Assembly (NCBI GenBank): GCA_000934665.2 | Contig: KZ538380.1 | Location: 1-64,000, forward strand | Direction of reading: 5' to 3' | DNA length: 64,000 nucleotides | DNA from: Catajapyx aquilonaris | Taxonomy: Eukaryota | Shown: positions 1 through 12,853 of the stretch, piece after piece | Position numbering within the stretch: the stretch's first letter is position 1 | Layout of the letters: every line of letters starts with the position of its first letter | Program-made: the position numbers and the translations under genes | Notes under the pieces: model-generated | What the model was told of the DNA's origin: nothing | Seen by the model: only the letters and a program-made list of their open reading frames with translations | The model's database searches: none

Positions 1-464
1 CGGCCTCATGGGGAGGCGACAGTTCCACCAAAGAGATGAGCACACGGCCAGTATGGAACAGCATAGGGAGTCAGTCACTCTGTATTATTTACTCTTGACC
101 GTACCCATTCCAAACTGCTACGTTATGGTATGAGAAAATATAACTATATAGCCATACTGTTGTAATTTATGATATTTTAATCTGTGAATTACTTTTTAGC
201 TTGTTCTCAGATTGACTTTTTGGAGACTTGTCGCTGTTTTTCAAGCACGTGGTGCTTGTGGGTGGAATGTAGCCGACTACAGCCCTCCTATTAGTGCTAT
301 TATACCTATGCCCGATACTCTATCATTTTACTAACTTAGCAGGAAAACTGAAGGTCGGGAGCAAATATCAAAAATGAAAAAAATGAATTTCTTTTGTTAT
401 TAATATTGTTGAGTAGTTTCTGTCAACAATTAATTAAATACAAGCAGAAACCTTCGTTATTATA

Positions 465-903
465 CAGGGTGTATCAAAACTCTACCGTATAAGCCATATG
501 CCAATGGCGTAATGGTCAGCAGATGATCATATACAGTATCGGAATCATAGGCCTGGGCCGCCGCATGACCGAGATAATTGACCTCAACCAATAGGTATAA
601 AATATCCTGGCAGGTATGCAAACCTTCAGCCGCCAATCGCATCACAGGTGATGTCGCAGCTATTTTCTGGGGGGCTACTGCCACACTGCTATTGGGGTAG
701 TCACTAAGGGCTCTTAGAATGCAGTTCCCCCCAGATGCACTGCTATTCTACAATCACGCTTAAGCGCAATCGCTACTTCGCAAATGATCAATTATCTACG
801 TAATGTGGCTGCCTAGAGATGATGACCCCTCTACATATAATGATGCTCTGGTGCCCCTTATGCTATTGGTACATGGCTTACGGTAGAGTTTTGATACACC
901 CTG
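465..903. mobile_element. Tc1/mariner-type MITE
   Basis: Termini CAGGGTGTATCAAAACTCTACCGTA...TACGGTAGAGTTTTGATACACCCTG flanked by TA on both sides; interior similar to 31742-32166. Confidence 0.85.
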
Positions 904-1101
904 TATAGGCCTACTGTGTTTGGTACACTAGGTTCTGAATCAAAATGAGACACCATCGCATCGGTTCTTCTCAATGCATAACAAGACATAATTGATACAC
1001 TTTCTGTAGAAGGGGTCAAAATAATATTGTTAACATAGAGACACCATGCGTAACCATGGAACCACTGAATGTCAGTCTGCCACTTTTCGGCCTAAGTCCA
1101 G

Positions 1102-1151
1102 GTAAGTATTAACATTTCAAGTGCAGTATTATCTCATTATCTTTCATGCAG
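1102..1151 (+). other. Putative 50-nt 5'UTR intron of the PP1-like gene
   Basis: CAG|GTAAGT donor and pyrimidine-rich ...TCTTTCATGCAG acceptor ending 22 nt before the ATG at 1174. Confidence 0.55.
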
Positions 1152-1173
1152 AGAGCGTAGGGTCTCACATGCC

Positions 1174-2157
1174 ATGGCCACTCAGTCGAGGAATGGGCCG
1201 AACAACATCGAAATCGACACCCTGATCAGCCAGTTGATAGAGATGAGTAGCGCTCGAAAGGTCACGTTCGTCGAGATGACAGAGCCCGTCATGCGAAGAG
1301 TGGTGGCGGCAGCAAAGGAGATATTTTTGATGCAGCCCATGCTCCTGGAGGTGCAGACGCCCATGAAGGTATGCGGAGATATCCACGGACAGTTTAAAGA
1401 CATGCTCACAATATTCCGCCTCGGAGGACACCCTTCCAATACTAAGTATCTCTTCCTGGGGGACTACGTTGACCGGGGACCCAATTCGGTCGAGGTTGTG
1501 ATGCTGCTGTTATGTTATAAGATCAAGTACCCAGAACAAGTATACCTGCTAAGGGGCAACCACGAGATCTGCTCAGTCAACGGTAAGTATGGGTTCCTAA
1601 AAGAGTGCAGGGAGAGATATTGTTTTAGGGTTTGGAAGATGTTTAATGCCTTGTTTGATGTGCTTCCTGTGGCGGCCATCATCGAGGGTAAGTTCTTCTG
1701 TTGCCATGGGGGACTCAGTCCACATTTGACGGACCTAGAGCAGATCAGATCTATCGAACGTCCAGCGGATATACCGAATGAGGGTCTTCTGTGCGACCTG
1801 TTGTGGTCTGATCCCAAAGAAGGTCTTCAAGGGTGGGCACCCAATACCAACAGGCGAGTGAGTCTTGTATTCGGCGAGGACGTCCTCACACAATTCCTGA
1901 GAAAGTTCAAGCTAGACCTCGTGTGCCGGGGCCATCAGATATGTCCGAAAGGGTACGCCTTCTTCGCCAACCGACAGCTCCTCACCATCTTTTCGGCTCC
2001 CAACTACTGCGGGATAATGCCCAACTGGGGCGCCTTCATGAGCGTAGACAAGACCCTGCGCTGCCAATTTGTGAAGATAGAACCATCATACGAGTTGGAA
2101 AAGAATCAACCTGTGCAGGATGACCCCAGCAACTCGCACGGTTCATCAGAAAAATAG
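1174..2157 (+). CDS. Pp1: Serine/threonine protein phosphatase PP1-like catalytic subunit, divergent, intronless CDS (327 aa)
   Basis: PPP signature motifs GDIHG, GDYVDRG, LRGNHE, HGG, DLLWSDP, RGHQ, FSAPNYC; collinear with PP1; GCCATGG start; no introns in CDS. Confidence 0.95.
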   Translation: MATQSRNGPNNIEIDTLISQLIEMSSARKVTFVEMTEPVMRRVVAAAKEIFLMQPMLLEVQTPMKVCGDIHGQFKDMLTIFRLGGHPSNTKYLFLGDYVDRGPNSVEVVMLLLCYKIKYPEQVYLLRGNHEICSVNGKYGFLKECRERYCFRVWKMFNALFDVLPVAAIIEGKFFCCHGGLSPHLTDLEQIRSIERPADIPNEGLLCDLLWSDPKEGLQGWAPNTNRRVSLVFGEDVLTQFLRKFKLDLVCRGHQICPKGYAFFANRQLLTIFSAPNYCGIMPNWGAFMSVDKTLRCQFVKIEPSYELEKNQPVQDDPSNSHGSSEK

Positions 2158-2244
2158 GAGAGCACGGGCCACCTCTGAGAATCGGAGATCATAGATTAAT
2201 CTATGTCGGAGATATGATTCTCATGTGGACAGAGGTTAGAGAGA

Positions 2245-2398
2245 GGTTCTCTCCGTGCTGGCATGGGTTTTCCCGGGGTACTCCCGTTTCCTCCCACAGT
2301 GAAAAACCTCCAAAAAGAGTTTCGAAATAGGTTCTCTTCTCACTCGTGTGGGTTTTCTCGGGATTCTCCCGTGTTTCCCACAGTGAAAAACCTCCAAT
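2245..2398 (+). repeat. Tandemly duplicated SINE-core (V-domain-like) remnant
   Basis: Two ~65-bp copies GGTTCTCT...GGGTTTT..CGGG...CTCCCG..TT.CCCACAGTGAAAAACCTCCAA; same core as SINEs at 28278 and 33655. Confidence 0.6.
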
Positions 2399-4742
2399 AT
2401 CATCAGGCAGACATCATATAATAAATTTATGGTATGAATAAGCACGTATTTAATCTATTTACTGTAATATAAGATACCGGGATATGATGGGTGTTCCAAT
2501 GGAAATGTCCAGTGCTTAGCCACTTCTGGCACTAAGCAAACAAGCAGTTAGGCCTACTCTATAGCATAGTAACTTTCAAAAATGATAGTCTGCTAAAATT
2601 AGGCCGAAATGAATCTACGTATAGTCTATACTGTGAATTGTATTCTGTTTAGGAATGTCCTGTTGTAATTATGACTGACATCGAACATCAAAAATAAATT
2701 TAATTTTCGCAGGCTCAATTGGAACACCCTGTGGGGAGGAATAGGACAGTGGACTTTGTTTTCAGAGAGGGAAACATCATATTAATATTATTGTTTTTCA
2801 TGGTAAGTTATGAAGTTATGGTAAGTTATGATGACTGGCCCCTTTGTCGCCTATAATAATAATTGAAGTCAGTGTCAGTGTGAAACTAATAAGTGGAAGA
2901 AGAAACTACTTTCAGACATCCTATTTCTGATGCCTCTATTACTGTAGAAGATATTCGTCGGTAACATTACACTGTGAGGTACTGTAATGTCGTATGACCG
3001 CAAAGGCGTGCTTCCAGAAGGAGCTGGCGAAACTCAGCCTGCTTTCCCCTCTTCAGCTGGCGATTTGCAAGGAAGCTACCTGGTTTTATGAGGGAAACCT
3101 TTTTTTTGTGTGTGTGGAAGAGTCATGCTCAGTAGGAATGGGACAGAATCCCGCAGGACAAAGTGGTATAATTTAGTATGCCCAACATACAGCAAGGTCT
3201 CCTTAACTGTACGTATATCCAGCCTTTACTGGCAATTTATCTCTTGGCAACCCTGGTTTCTGTCTATTATGCAGTAGAATTTCTAATTCATTTTAAAGGT
3301 GAGGTCCGCTTATTGATTAGCCTACTTAACATAATATAAATCAGTATACAAGTACGCGTACCACGTGTTCCAGGCTCACATTCATTTTGGACTATCATTT
3401 CTGATCGATCATGTCACCTCACCAGCAAATGTGGCTGTGAGTTGTTGGAAGGGCTATTCATGGGATATGTATAAAATATTACACCGGTTTTTGTACAGTA
3501 GGGGTGAGTTTTTGTACAGTATATGAATACAGGTGATGTGCCCTTATCTGTGCCAAGGACAATTTTGCTACTAAAGAGCCTTATTTTCCCCGCAATAAAT
3601 TCATCTTTGTTGAGATTCCTGGTCAATTGGGAGTAATTATTACTCCCAATGGACCAGGAATCTCAACAAAGATAATTATTATTTTAGGTGTGTGAAATGG
3701 GGGGGGGGGTTGTGTGTTTGGTTTCAGGGATGTAAGTATAATTTAATGATATTTAAAATTTAAAAGGCTTTTGTCATAGCATGTGACTGCCTCTTTAATT
3801 ACATTACATACGTTACTCAAGTAGGGGAAGGTGGGACAAAGTGACACAGTTTCAGGGATGTGATTTTTTAAAATATTAACCTGATTAAAAGCTCGATGGG
3901 ATATAATGTGCATAACACAATACCTTTATGTCTCCTCCAAACCGTTCCACAGGTGAGGCAAAGTGGAACACATACGGTATGCTTTAATGAGATAAATAAG
4001 TAATGTAGGGTATAAACCATATTTTAACCAGCGCAACCGAGTACGCACCACAGTTCGAACAGAGTGCGTGGTTGGCATCAGCCCCCGGACACTCCCCCTA
4101 TCATCAGATCTTATGATCTGATGATCTGATGAAATTAAAAATCTCATACGATCTCATACGAGTATGAGATTCTTAATTTTGACAGACACGACGCTTTCCT
4201 TCTTCCTAATAAGTTCAGTCCTGTCTGGTAGGGTCGCCACGTATGTATAGGTTCGGAAAGGCGCTCTCAAGTGAGCACCTCCCGAAAAACGCCCCGTCAG
4301 GCGATAAGAGGTAGTGACCATACCTTAGTATTCTAAGGCCACGGTTGGCATTATCACTGACAGCTGGTATAGTGGGTGCACTGAACTGCACTTGTTTCCA
4401 ATGCTACGCCCCATACAAGATGATTAACAAAGTCCTGTTTCTGCTCTGGTATGAAGATCGAGCTGTCTTGGCTGTCTGTATCTGCCCAGTCTCATCTCGG
4501 GTGACTGATTGGGGGTTGTTCATATTATTTTGCATATAATGGGATGTGTTCCACTTTGCCCCGTACCAACGTAGTCTCATTTTAAGTTACTGGCATTTTA
4601 ACAGTGCTGATCAAAACAAACTTGAATAACTACGATGCTCTGAACTGTGAAGGATGATATTAAATACCCCAAAAGTAATCGATAGCTTTGACAATGACTT
4701 ACGTACAGTTCAGCAGCTTTATATATTGTCAAGAGACAAAAT

Positions 4743-4953
4743 GAGGGGTGTGGTGGAAAAAGGTGATAACCCTCATTTTTGTCATGACAAACAGTTTGGT
4801 ATACACCAAGTTCACGTATCATGCCTAATACAGCAACACAGACTATATCAAAACCCGTATTCCCTATGATTTGTGAAGAGAATGCAAACTTCAATTCGCT
4901 CTCCTGAAATATTACACTTTTGAGGGTTATCACCTTTTTCCACCACACCCCTC
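4743..4953. mobile_element. Sola-type non-autonomous DNA transposon (MITE)
   Basis: TIR GAGGGGTGTGGTGGAAAAAGGTGATAACCCTCA and its exact reverse complement; GAG..CTC ends; AAAT 4-bp TSD. Confidence 0.75.
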
Positions 4954-5007
4954 AAATCTACATCAGCCTGGGCTGAAAACGTAATATGGCTCTCTGGGGA
5001 GGTGTAG

Positions 5008-5200
5008 ATGGCCGAGATGGTAACGTCACGGCTTGCTGAGTGAAAGGCCCCAGGTTCGATCCCCGACTGGGGAACTTTCCTTTCACCTGCGTCAGGAGGG
5101 TCTCTGACCTGCACCAAGGAGGTGTCTGGCAACCTAACCTCCTGGGGAACAGCACAGTCATGACCCCTTTACCGACATTGCCCTTGCACCAATGTTCCCT
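5008..5200 (+). mobile_element. tRNA-derived SINE fragment
   Basis: A box TGGCCGAGATGG and B box GGTTCGATCCC; related degenerate copy at ~5965-6120. Confidence 0.65.
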
Positions 5201-6866
5201 CCCCAAAACGCAAAATTACCTCCATATTTTTGTGCGCTGCAGTACATTAATTGTCACCTACACTTCTGTAGACTACTGAGGAAGTTCTAGAATTCTAGAT
5301 GATCTGGATGACTAACCCAGGAAGCTAGACGTAAGACTGGAGTAGTTGAAATGTAGTAATTAATAGTAAACCTGCTGGTTGTTCTGGTATTTCATTTAGG
5401 ACTACTTATTAATTTATAAAACCTTTTACTACTACTTTACATTATAGTCCACTTATTAGGCCCGACATTTAACCTGTCATCAACCTCCATAAGCGCCGGG
5501 ACCTTTATCCCACCCTTAACGATACACATATATCCGGAATAAAACAATAAATATCCACAATTTTATTGAGGACTCGGACAAGAAGTAATGTAATATTCAA
5601 ATACAACTAAATGGCCCTAATATAACTATATAAACTAATATAACGGTTCTGGTGTCTGACAACCCCTTCCCCCCCCCCCCCCCTTTAAACCCATTCGCTA
5701 CCAGCTATACTGCCACCGTCTCTAGATATTTGCTTACATGTCCTCCAAGGTAAGGACAATATGTTTTTTTACAAATAATAACTTCTATACTTGCACGTTC
5801 ATTCTCTACCCTATGAATGTGTTGAACAAAATTCTCCTCATCTAGAAGTCCCTAAATTAATTTTCAAGAAGATCTCCGTAAAAACTCCAAATTCAAGTAC
5901 TACTGACCAACTGTTAGGCTGATTTAATCATTAATTACCGCGTATATGGCATATCAACCTTGAGAACCGTAACGTCTCGGCTTGCTGACTGAAAGGTCCC
6001 AATCCCCGTCTGGGAGTTCCCTTTCACCTGTGTCAGGAGAGTCTCTGACCCGCGCCTTGGAGGTGCCTGGTAACCTAATTTCCTGGGGAACAACGACATT
6101 GCACTTGCACCCACGGCCGCTTGAAGAAGACTTGCTTTTAGTATGGCTGGTTCACGAGCAATACTATTAGCTTTTCTGACGTCAGCTCCCGCCCCTTTCG
6201 TCCCTTCTCAGAACTGTGACGTACTCACGGCCATTCCCTCCCGGATCGTGCTTTTTCTTATGGAAGAGTTGAATTTTCAAACTTTAATTACAAATTCCTG
6301 GATGCGGTGAAAAATATGCAGATTTTATTCCAGATTCCTCGACACACTGTCATTGACATATATAATCCAATCCAACGACATGTACGAGGAAATATATATT
6401 TTAAATGGGAGAAATGCGCCCAGATAACTCATCATTAGCATGTCGAGTCAAAGTATAGCAGGCCCATGATTGCCTGAAATTTGATGAGTGGCCCGGTCAC
6501 TATCTGCGTGCCAATCTACGAAGGTTCAAAAATTCGCAAACGGCTCAGAAAAGCCAGGGTTGCCAATTTTATGCAAGATCCATCAACAATAATTACACGC
6601 AGGAGGTGGCACGTGCTGAGTGGCTTCCAATTGAAGGGTCAGTTTCACATTGCGACTTTTTCGCACTAAGTTGTTTATCGTGGAGAAGTTACTTTAGAAC
6701 AGTTACTTTTAAAATATTACATGCTACTCAACATTTCGGGGGGGGGCCCGGCCCCCCCGGGCCCCCCCCCCTGCCTACGCCACTGTATATATATATATAT
6801 ATTAACGGTAAGGGATTGTTGTTGTTGTTGTTGTTAATGCCTCGGTTTATTTCAAATGCTACTTAT

Positions 6867-7004
6867 CCTCCTGACGCCCAGAATATTTTTTAAATATTTT
6901 TTAAATTTTTAAATTTTTTTACAAAAATATTTTTTTCTAAAAATATTTTTTTCAAAAATTTTAAAACCCAATGGCTAGAGGGCTGTACGCTGGGCGTCAG
7001 GAGG
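6867..7004. mobile_element. piggyBac-like MITE
   Basis: 15-bp TIR CCTCCTGACGCCCAG/CTGGGCGTCAGGAGG, TTAT duplicated on both sides, AT-rich interior. Confidence 0.65.
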
Positions 7005-7305
7005 TTATATGGGCTTGGATGCGAGGAAAATATACAGATTTCTTACCTTCTTCCATACACTCTCATTCACTGAGAAATTGATTCACCTGCAGTGACGTTA
7101 ATGGCAGATATACGTTTCACGCAATACATAGGCTAGTGTATTGCATATGTTCACCACCTTTCTCGTACAACATTTTAAAAATACAATAAAAATGCGTAAT
7201 TAATTGTAGCCTAACTATTTTATTACAAAGGCAGGTAGCATATTCTAAAAGTGTCATTTACAAAAGGGCACAAGGGGGCAGAGGTCACTTTCTACTTTCA
7301 TACTA

Positions 7306-9670
7306 CTAAAAAGACAAGCTGGACATGGCAAGCTGACGGGTTCGCCTGACTTGTGCCCGTGATTTTGCAGCTCTTAAATTGGCCAATCGCTTATTGATAG
7401 CTTTAATCCTAATGAAAGTTCTGATGCGGGAGTAGACCTGGATAACTTTGGCTGGTACTGCAGGAAATCGCGATTACAATTTATGTATAAGTGTTCTGAC
7501 GACATATTTGTCTGAACGTAGGCTTGTCCCATGTAACGCGGTGAATGCTCCCTCAAACATGTAAACCATGTCTAACCAAGCAAAGCTTGGTTTCGTCAGG
7601 TTACCTCGCGAAATTCTGCCCATCCACCCACTGCCATCACCGTCTGATTTTATCCCCAACGTCGCGAAACTGGTGCGCAAGCGACGAGCGAGATACCCGG
7701 CCACATATTTTAGTCCATCATTACCCTGCTGTTTTTCCACTGCATGTCATCTGTGCCTTTCTGGGTAGAAGGATTTTCTCCTTTGGGCTGCCACACCTCT
7801 CCTGCGTCAAATGTCTCAGTTCTTGTTTTCCAAATGAAGGGCTAAGTATTTTTGATGTCTCATAATTTACTGTCTGATCACGTTCATTCACACTCGCATT
7901 CTTCGATATTCCTGGCAATGTAGGACATAGGAGGAGTTGTTTCATCCGATATTTAAAATCAGTTGGCAAGGGATTGGCATTAAAATTTCCCAGCCCGCGC
8001 ACCTGGCTAAAGAGATTTTCTAAGCAGTCTTGGTTACAGCGACTTGTCATGACATAAGACATTCCTTTGTTGTTAACATCTTCGTACGAACTCCTGATGG
8101 ATGAAATACTTACTAGTAGCCCTCTCTGGAAAGGCAGACGTCTGCTTTTTTTTAAATCTCCAACTCGCATAGTTTTGCAAAAATCTTCCATTCTTGAGAT
8201 AATCTCATCCTGCTGGTTTAGTGTCACTCCATAAGCACTTTTCTTCCAGTTGCTTCCGTGTCTCGGTACCTTGGAATTCATAACGTCAAAAAAGTCATCG
8301 ACTAATTCAAACACCTCGGACGATTTTTCGTCTTCTGTAACATTCAAATTCATCCTGATCATATAATATATCATCCAAAATATCCTTGGTAATGACACTG
8401 CCACATCCAAGGGCAAAACCACTGTCTAGGAAATGATTACGCAGGAGTTTTAATAGGTGAGGTATGTCGGCAAAAACATGCCCTCTTTCACTGGGAATAT
8501 CAGGGTGCATGAAATGACTGCTTGAGGGTGATATCTTGAGTTCTCGCCAGAGTCTTGCATTTTTTCCCCCCATATTGGAAACTACCCCCACAACAACATA
8601 TTCTGCTTGGTACAGAGTGGTAATTATATTGAAAAGAATCTCCTTGGTCATCTGCCTGTCAAATTCATAAAAGATAGGCTGCATCCATCGAGAAAACAGT
8701 CCCCTTATCATAACCACTTGCACATCCTTGTGCGGACCCAACACCTGGTCTTCCTCTGGATCATACACTACACGTGAATCAATGCTCATCTCATCAAATG
8801 AGAGCACGCACATCTTTTCCCTCATTGTCCTCTCCAATGCACTGGTTTTCAAAATGTCCACGGCTCCTCTAATAATTCCTGGCGAGCAGCAGAACGATCG
8901 GCACCATCTTCGCAGAGTGCTGATGCTCGGTAACGGGAAGTTCAGTTTCTCCCGGAGATAGCTGTAGGCTTTCCGGGAGTGCGACCTTAAAGCCAAAGCC
9001 GAGGCGATATCCTCCGATGTCCACTTGCGCGAATAGTTTCCACTCATAAGACACTTCACTTGTGTTTCAGTCAACACTCGGCTTAGAATTTTTTTGACCG
9101 CGGTTGCGTTCCATTTTGAATTCTTTTGTTTTAGTTTCTTTATTTGTAAGAGCATGCTGCTCTTCTCAGTGCGTAGTTTCCTGACATCGCAAAACAGATT
9201 TGAGTTAGATTCCTGCAGCTCTTGCTTTTGCTGGTTTAATGAACTTACAAGAGTCTGAAATCTCTCCTGCATGTCTTGGACCACCTGTGCATGTTGTTGG
9301 CGACTTGCCTTCAGTTCACTCGTTAATGACTCCACCTTCACTCTTAGGTCTTCTTTGTCTGCGCGTGTTTTGTCCAATTCACTGGACATCACCGAAGCAC
9401 ATAGGAGATCCAGGGCTGGCTTTGGAATCTGCTGCACAAGCGCACTGCAGTGTTGGCTGGATTCATCTGAATGATTTATCGCGCACTCTTCGACGCTCGA
9501 CCCATCTTCAGGCTGACCTTCAGTGCACTGTGCGGCTTTGCAAGTCGTGACGTGCTGGATGCTGGATGCTGGATGCTGGATGCAGGTTGATCAACAACAG
9601 CAAGAGCCAACTTCTTGCTACGGTTAATAAATCTGGAGGAACGTGCTGATTCAGGATCATGTTCATGCCC
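7306..9670 (-). pseudogene. P-element/THAP9-like transposase, disrupted
   Basis: ORFs 8307-9437, 7721-8422, 7474-7740 and the frame continuing to 7306 join into a P transposase: AYSYLR...PLPSISTLRRW, LSFDEMSI, FADIPHLLKLLRNHFLD, NQDCLENLFSQVRG, YVAGYLA, RTFIRIKAINK; frameshifts, an in-frame stop, and SDMG read as SNMG. Confidence 0.9.
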
Positions 9671-10331
9671 TGCAAATAGCAATTACAATACTTTAAGCAA
9701 ACAGCGATGTTTCTTCAACTTATGACAAGCCTTGTGCGGTTCCGCAAATGTTTCACGTTGGCGGGAAAAGTACGATTTTATAAGACGAAAGTGCCCAAAT
9801 AGATTTTGGCGATTTCGGCTTCAATACGGAGATAATTGCATGTCAATATTCTCATGATGTCACTCATATATGTGTGCTTGAGATTATCCTGTCGGTTACA
9901 TCACCCAGAAAACACGGGTGGTGGGTGGCGAAGGTTGGAGGTTAAGAGAGTCACTGGCTCTATCCCAGGGTAAATAAAATAAAAATAAATAAAATAAATA
10001 TTGGTTTCATATGGTTTTCAAGGTTGATATTCCGTAGCCTATATTTTAACGCATTTTATTATTATATCAGCTGAACAGTGTTGGGCGGTAGTACTTGAAT
10101 GTCAAGTTTTATGGCGATGTTTTTGGAAATTAATACAGAGACTTGTAGATAGACAAAAATGATTTCTGTGTAAAGCATGAACATGTAACCTATGTATATA
10201 ACGCTCTTCAAGGGACTGACCCAAAGTAGCGTGACTGTATTTTCTTTACCTTCAGAGTTCAGAGTAAGTGTAAGCGAAAATCTAGGGCCCTAGGCAATGG
10301 CGATATAGCTGGGGTTAATAGTAACAAGTAC

Positions 10332-10483
10332 AGGGTGACTCTAAAGTCTGGATGTTGTGTCAACTCCAAGTGCCAACTGTGTCAACTCATCTTTTACTGA
10401 CTGTCAACAATCTGCTAGTTGGCACAACTGGAAACCAACAATCCAATCCAAATACCTGTGCATCCAGACTTTAACGTCACCTT
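10332..10483. mobile_element. Tc1/mariner-type MITE
   Basis: TA|CAGGGTGACTCTAAAGTCTGGATG...CATCCAGACTTTAACGTCACCTT; related reverse copy at ~58040-58198. Confidence 0.6.
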
Positions 10484-10685
10484 AAATGCCTCATTCAACA
10501 ACAACAGCCTACATATTATAGCAAATAGTGTGGTTGTTTGCGATGCGTTTCCAACACGTTGGGAGCCCACCCACCCCGCCCACATTGCTACGGTGCTGGC
10601 AAATGATAATATCAACTATAAAAACCAGGGTCACAAGGATGTATGAAAAATTCATAGTTGAAAAGGTACGCTATGGTCTTACTAA

Positions 10686-10833
10686 GGGCCAGTTGCACCG
10701 GCCTCAGTATAACTTAGAACCTCGGGTATAACAAGAATTGCCATAGCAATCATTGTTGACCAACAATGATTGTTATGGCAATTCTTGTCATACCCGAGGT
10801 TCTAAGTTATACTCAGGCCGGTGCAACTGGCCC
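10686..10833. mobile_element. PIF/Harbinger-type hairpin MITE
   Basis: Near-perfect 148-bp palindrome GGGCCAGTTGCACC...GGTGCAACTGGCCC flanked by TAA/TTA. Confidence 0.8.
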
Positions 10834-12853
10834 TTAGAGGCTACCTCTCCATAAATAATGAAGTGGGTAGTGAGGTGGCTGAACTCGATTGCAGCTCCGA
10901 CGTGCAGTGACCATACTGGCCCTCCTGCTGGAAGTGATGACCCTGCCACAGCCAAGTACGGGAAGAGGCAATTAAGCCACCACCGAACCAGGAAAAAATT
11001 AACACAGGGAAGAACTTACTGTCAACTGAACACTGCGACACCATTCAGCTCCGACAGAAACAATCAACTCAAAATCCTCCCTGTGAGGTTCAGGGGGACA
11101 CAACAGCAAATAAATTCACTGGTCCAATTCTGACACATCCACTCAGAATGTCTTGCCCCAGCACAGACGCATAACATTTGACCCGCAACAATAAATTATA
11201 ATAATGGTGAGGTGGTAAACAAGAACTGAAGTTGCTATAGGTTATGACATCATGAACAAAATAATGAAAAAAATCACGGGAAAAATAAGGGGCAGAAATC
11301 ATAACTTCTATCCTGTAGCAGATGAAACTGTGAGATTTTGAACATAGATCAGCACTGCTCTATTGCATATTCGGCCATTTGATGAGGAAATAGAATTCCA
11401 AATGATTATTGAGCAACAAAATAAAATAAAATGTTTCAACGGGTTTTAATTTTTTTGCGGATTACTGAAGAGGAATTAAGTAAAAGTGTAAATGGTAGGA
11501 AATCACTTCATGACAGTGGGGATCTGTGTTAAAAATTTGGGAGCTCTACCTGCAGCAGAATCAGAGTTAGGGCGAATGAAAAAAAAAACATAACAACACC
11601 AACAACAACGTTGGAAAAATTCATAGTTGAAATTGCATATTCGGTCGCCCCTAAAATTCATTATAAATACTATATTATAAAATCAATGCTTGCCTAGCAA
11701 CCTCTGTATGGCTCTTACGCATATTTATGTTACTTGGGTGTCGTGTGAGACAGGTGCTTCAAATACTGTAATTATGAAAAAAAAAAAAAAACTGTTCAGC
11801 ACATCTTAAATTCAATGGCAATTTTATTTCATAGTACAGTGCGACCCGCTTTATTGGTGGCCCGGTTTATCTCCCCCCCCCCNCCCCCCACCCACAGTTT
11901 TGGACCAAATCGCCAGGACCAGAATCAAATCAATACCATACGTGTAATTTTCCCCCGCATAACTGGTGATTTCCCCGGTTAGTCGGACCAGTTTGGTTGC
12001 TATGATACTATACTACTGCCGATTTTTTTATGCAAGTACGGAATGATGGCGGACCTGTGACTGCACTCGACACCTGCGTGGACTTTGATAACATGAAGTC
12101 AAAAACACGAACCCAACAGTGGTGTTATGAGACAAACTTTTTACAGCAGAGTGAGCACTAAAATTATTACTGTACGGTACAGTACTTTGCACTTCCATGA
12201 CACTTGCATAACGCAGTCACTTTTATACATCGATTTTACCTTTACCTGTTGCACAATCATTTTTGAGGATTAAAGCTGGAAGTGCAGCTACTCATGTGCG
12301 TTTCGCTCACTTTGCTCCCATTCAGAGCCAGTAGCTCAAGAAAAAGTTAGGAGAGAGCTTGGAATAGAGATGTGTTTGTGTGGGTGGGAAACGGTTACAG
12401 ATGTAATTTATATTGTTTGCTAGGTATACCAGTAAAATGTAGTGCTTGGTTTAGTTTCAGCACCGGCTCCTGGATGATGTTTCGGGAGTTTATTGCATTG
12501 GTGGAAACGGATATTGGTAAACTTTCCATTTAAAATTTTTAAGAAACTATTTGGGTAGTGCAGACATCATGTGAGGTAGTCTCTATTTTTCAGTCTGTGC
12601 TACATATGTACAAAGAGCCCAGGCCTACGGGTGGTAAATTTTAGTTGGTTAACAGCAGACTATTGACAAAGATACCCACACTGAGATGATGCTCAAAATT
12701 GTGTGCAAATGGCCACGTGGCTTCACGCTAGAGTTTACTAAATATTTGTCAAGCATAATTCCTATATGACAGTAGTTTGAATACCCCGCGACTGCTGTAG
12801 TACTATTACAGAAGATTAGCCTGCAAGATTCCGCCATCCATTACTATCACTTA

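Noticed and set aside
1165..2123. Alternative-frame and antisense ORFs over PP1
   Set aside because: Shadow ORFs of the real CDS.
10845..10945. Possible minus-strand exon upstream of the P transposase
   Set aside because: Weak splice sites and no THAP or other recognisable peptide in any frame.
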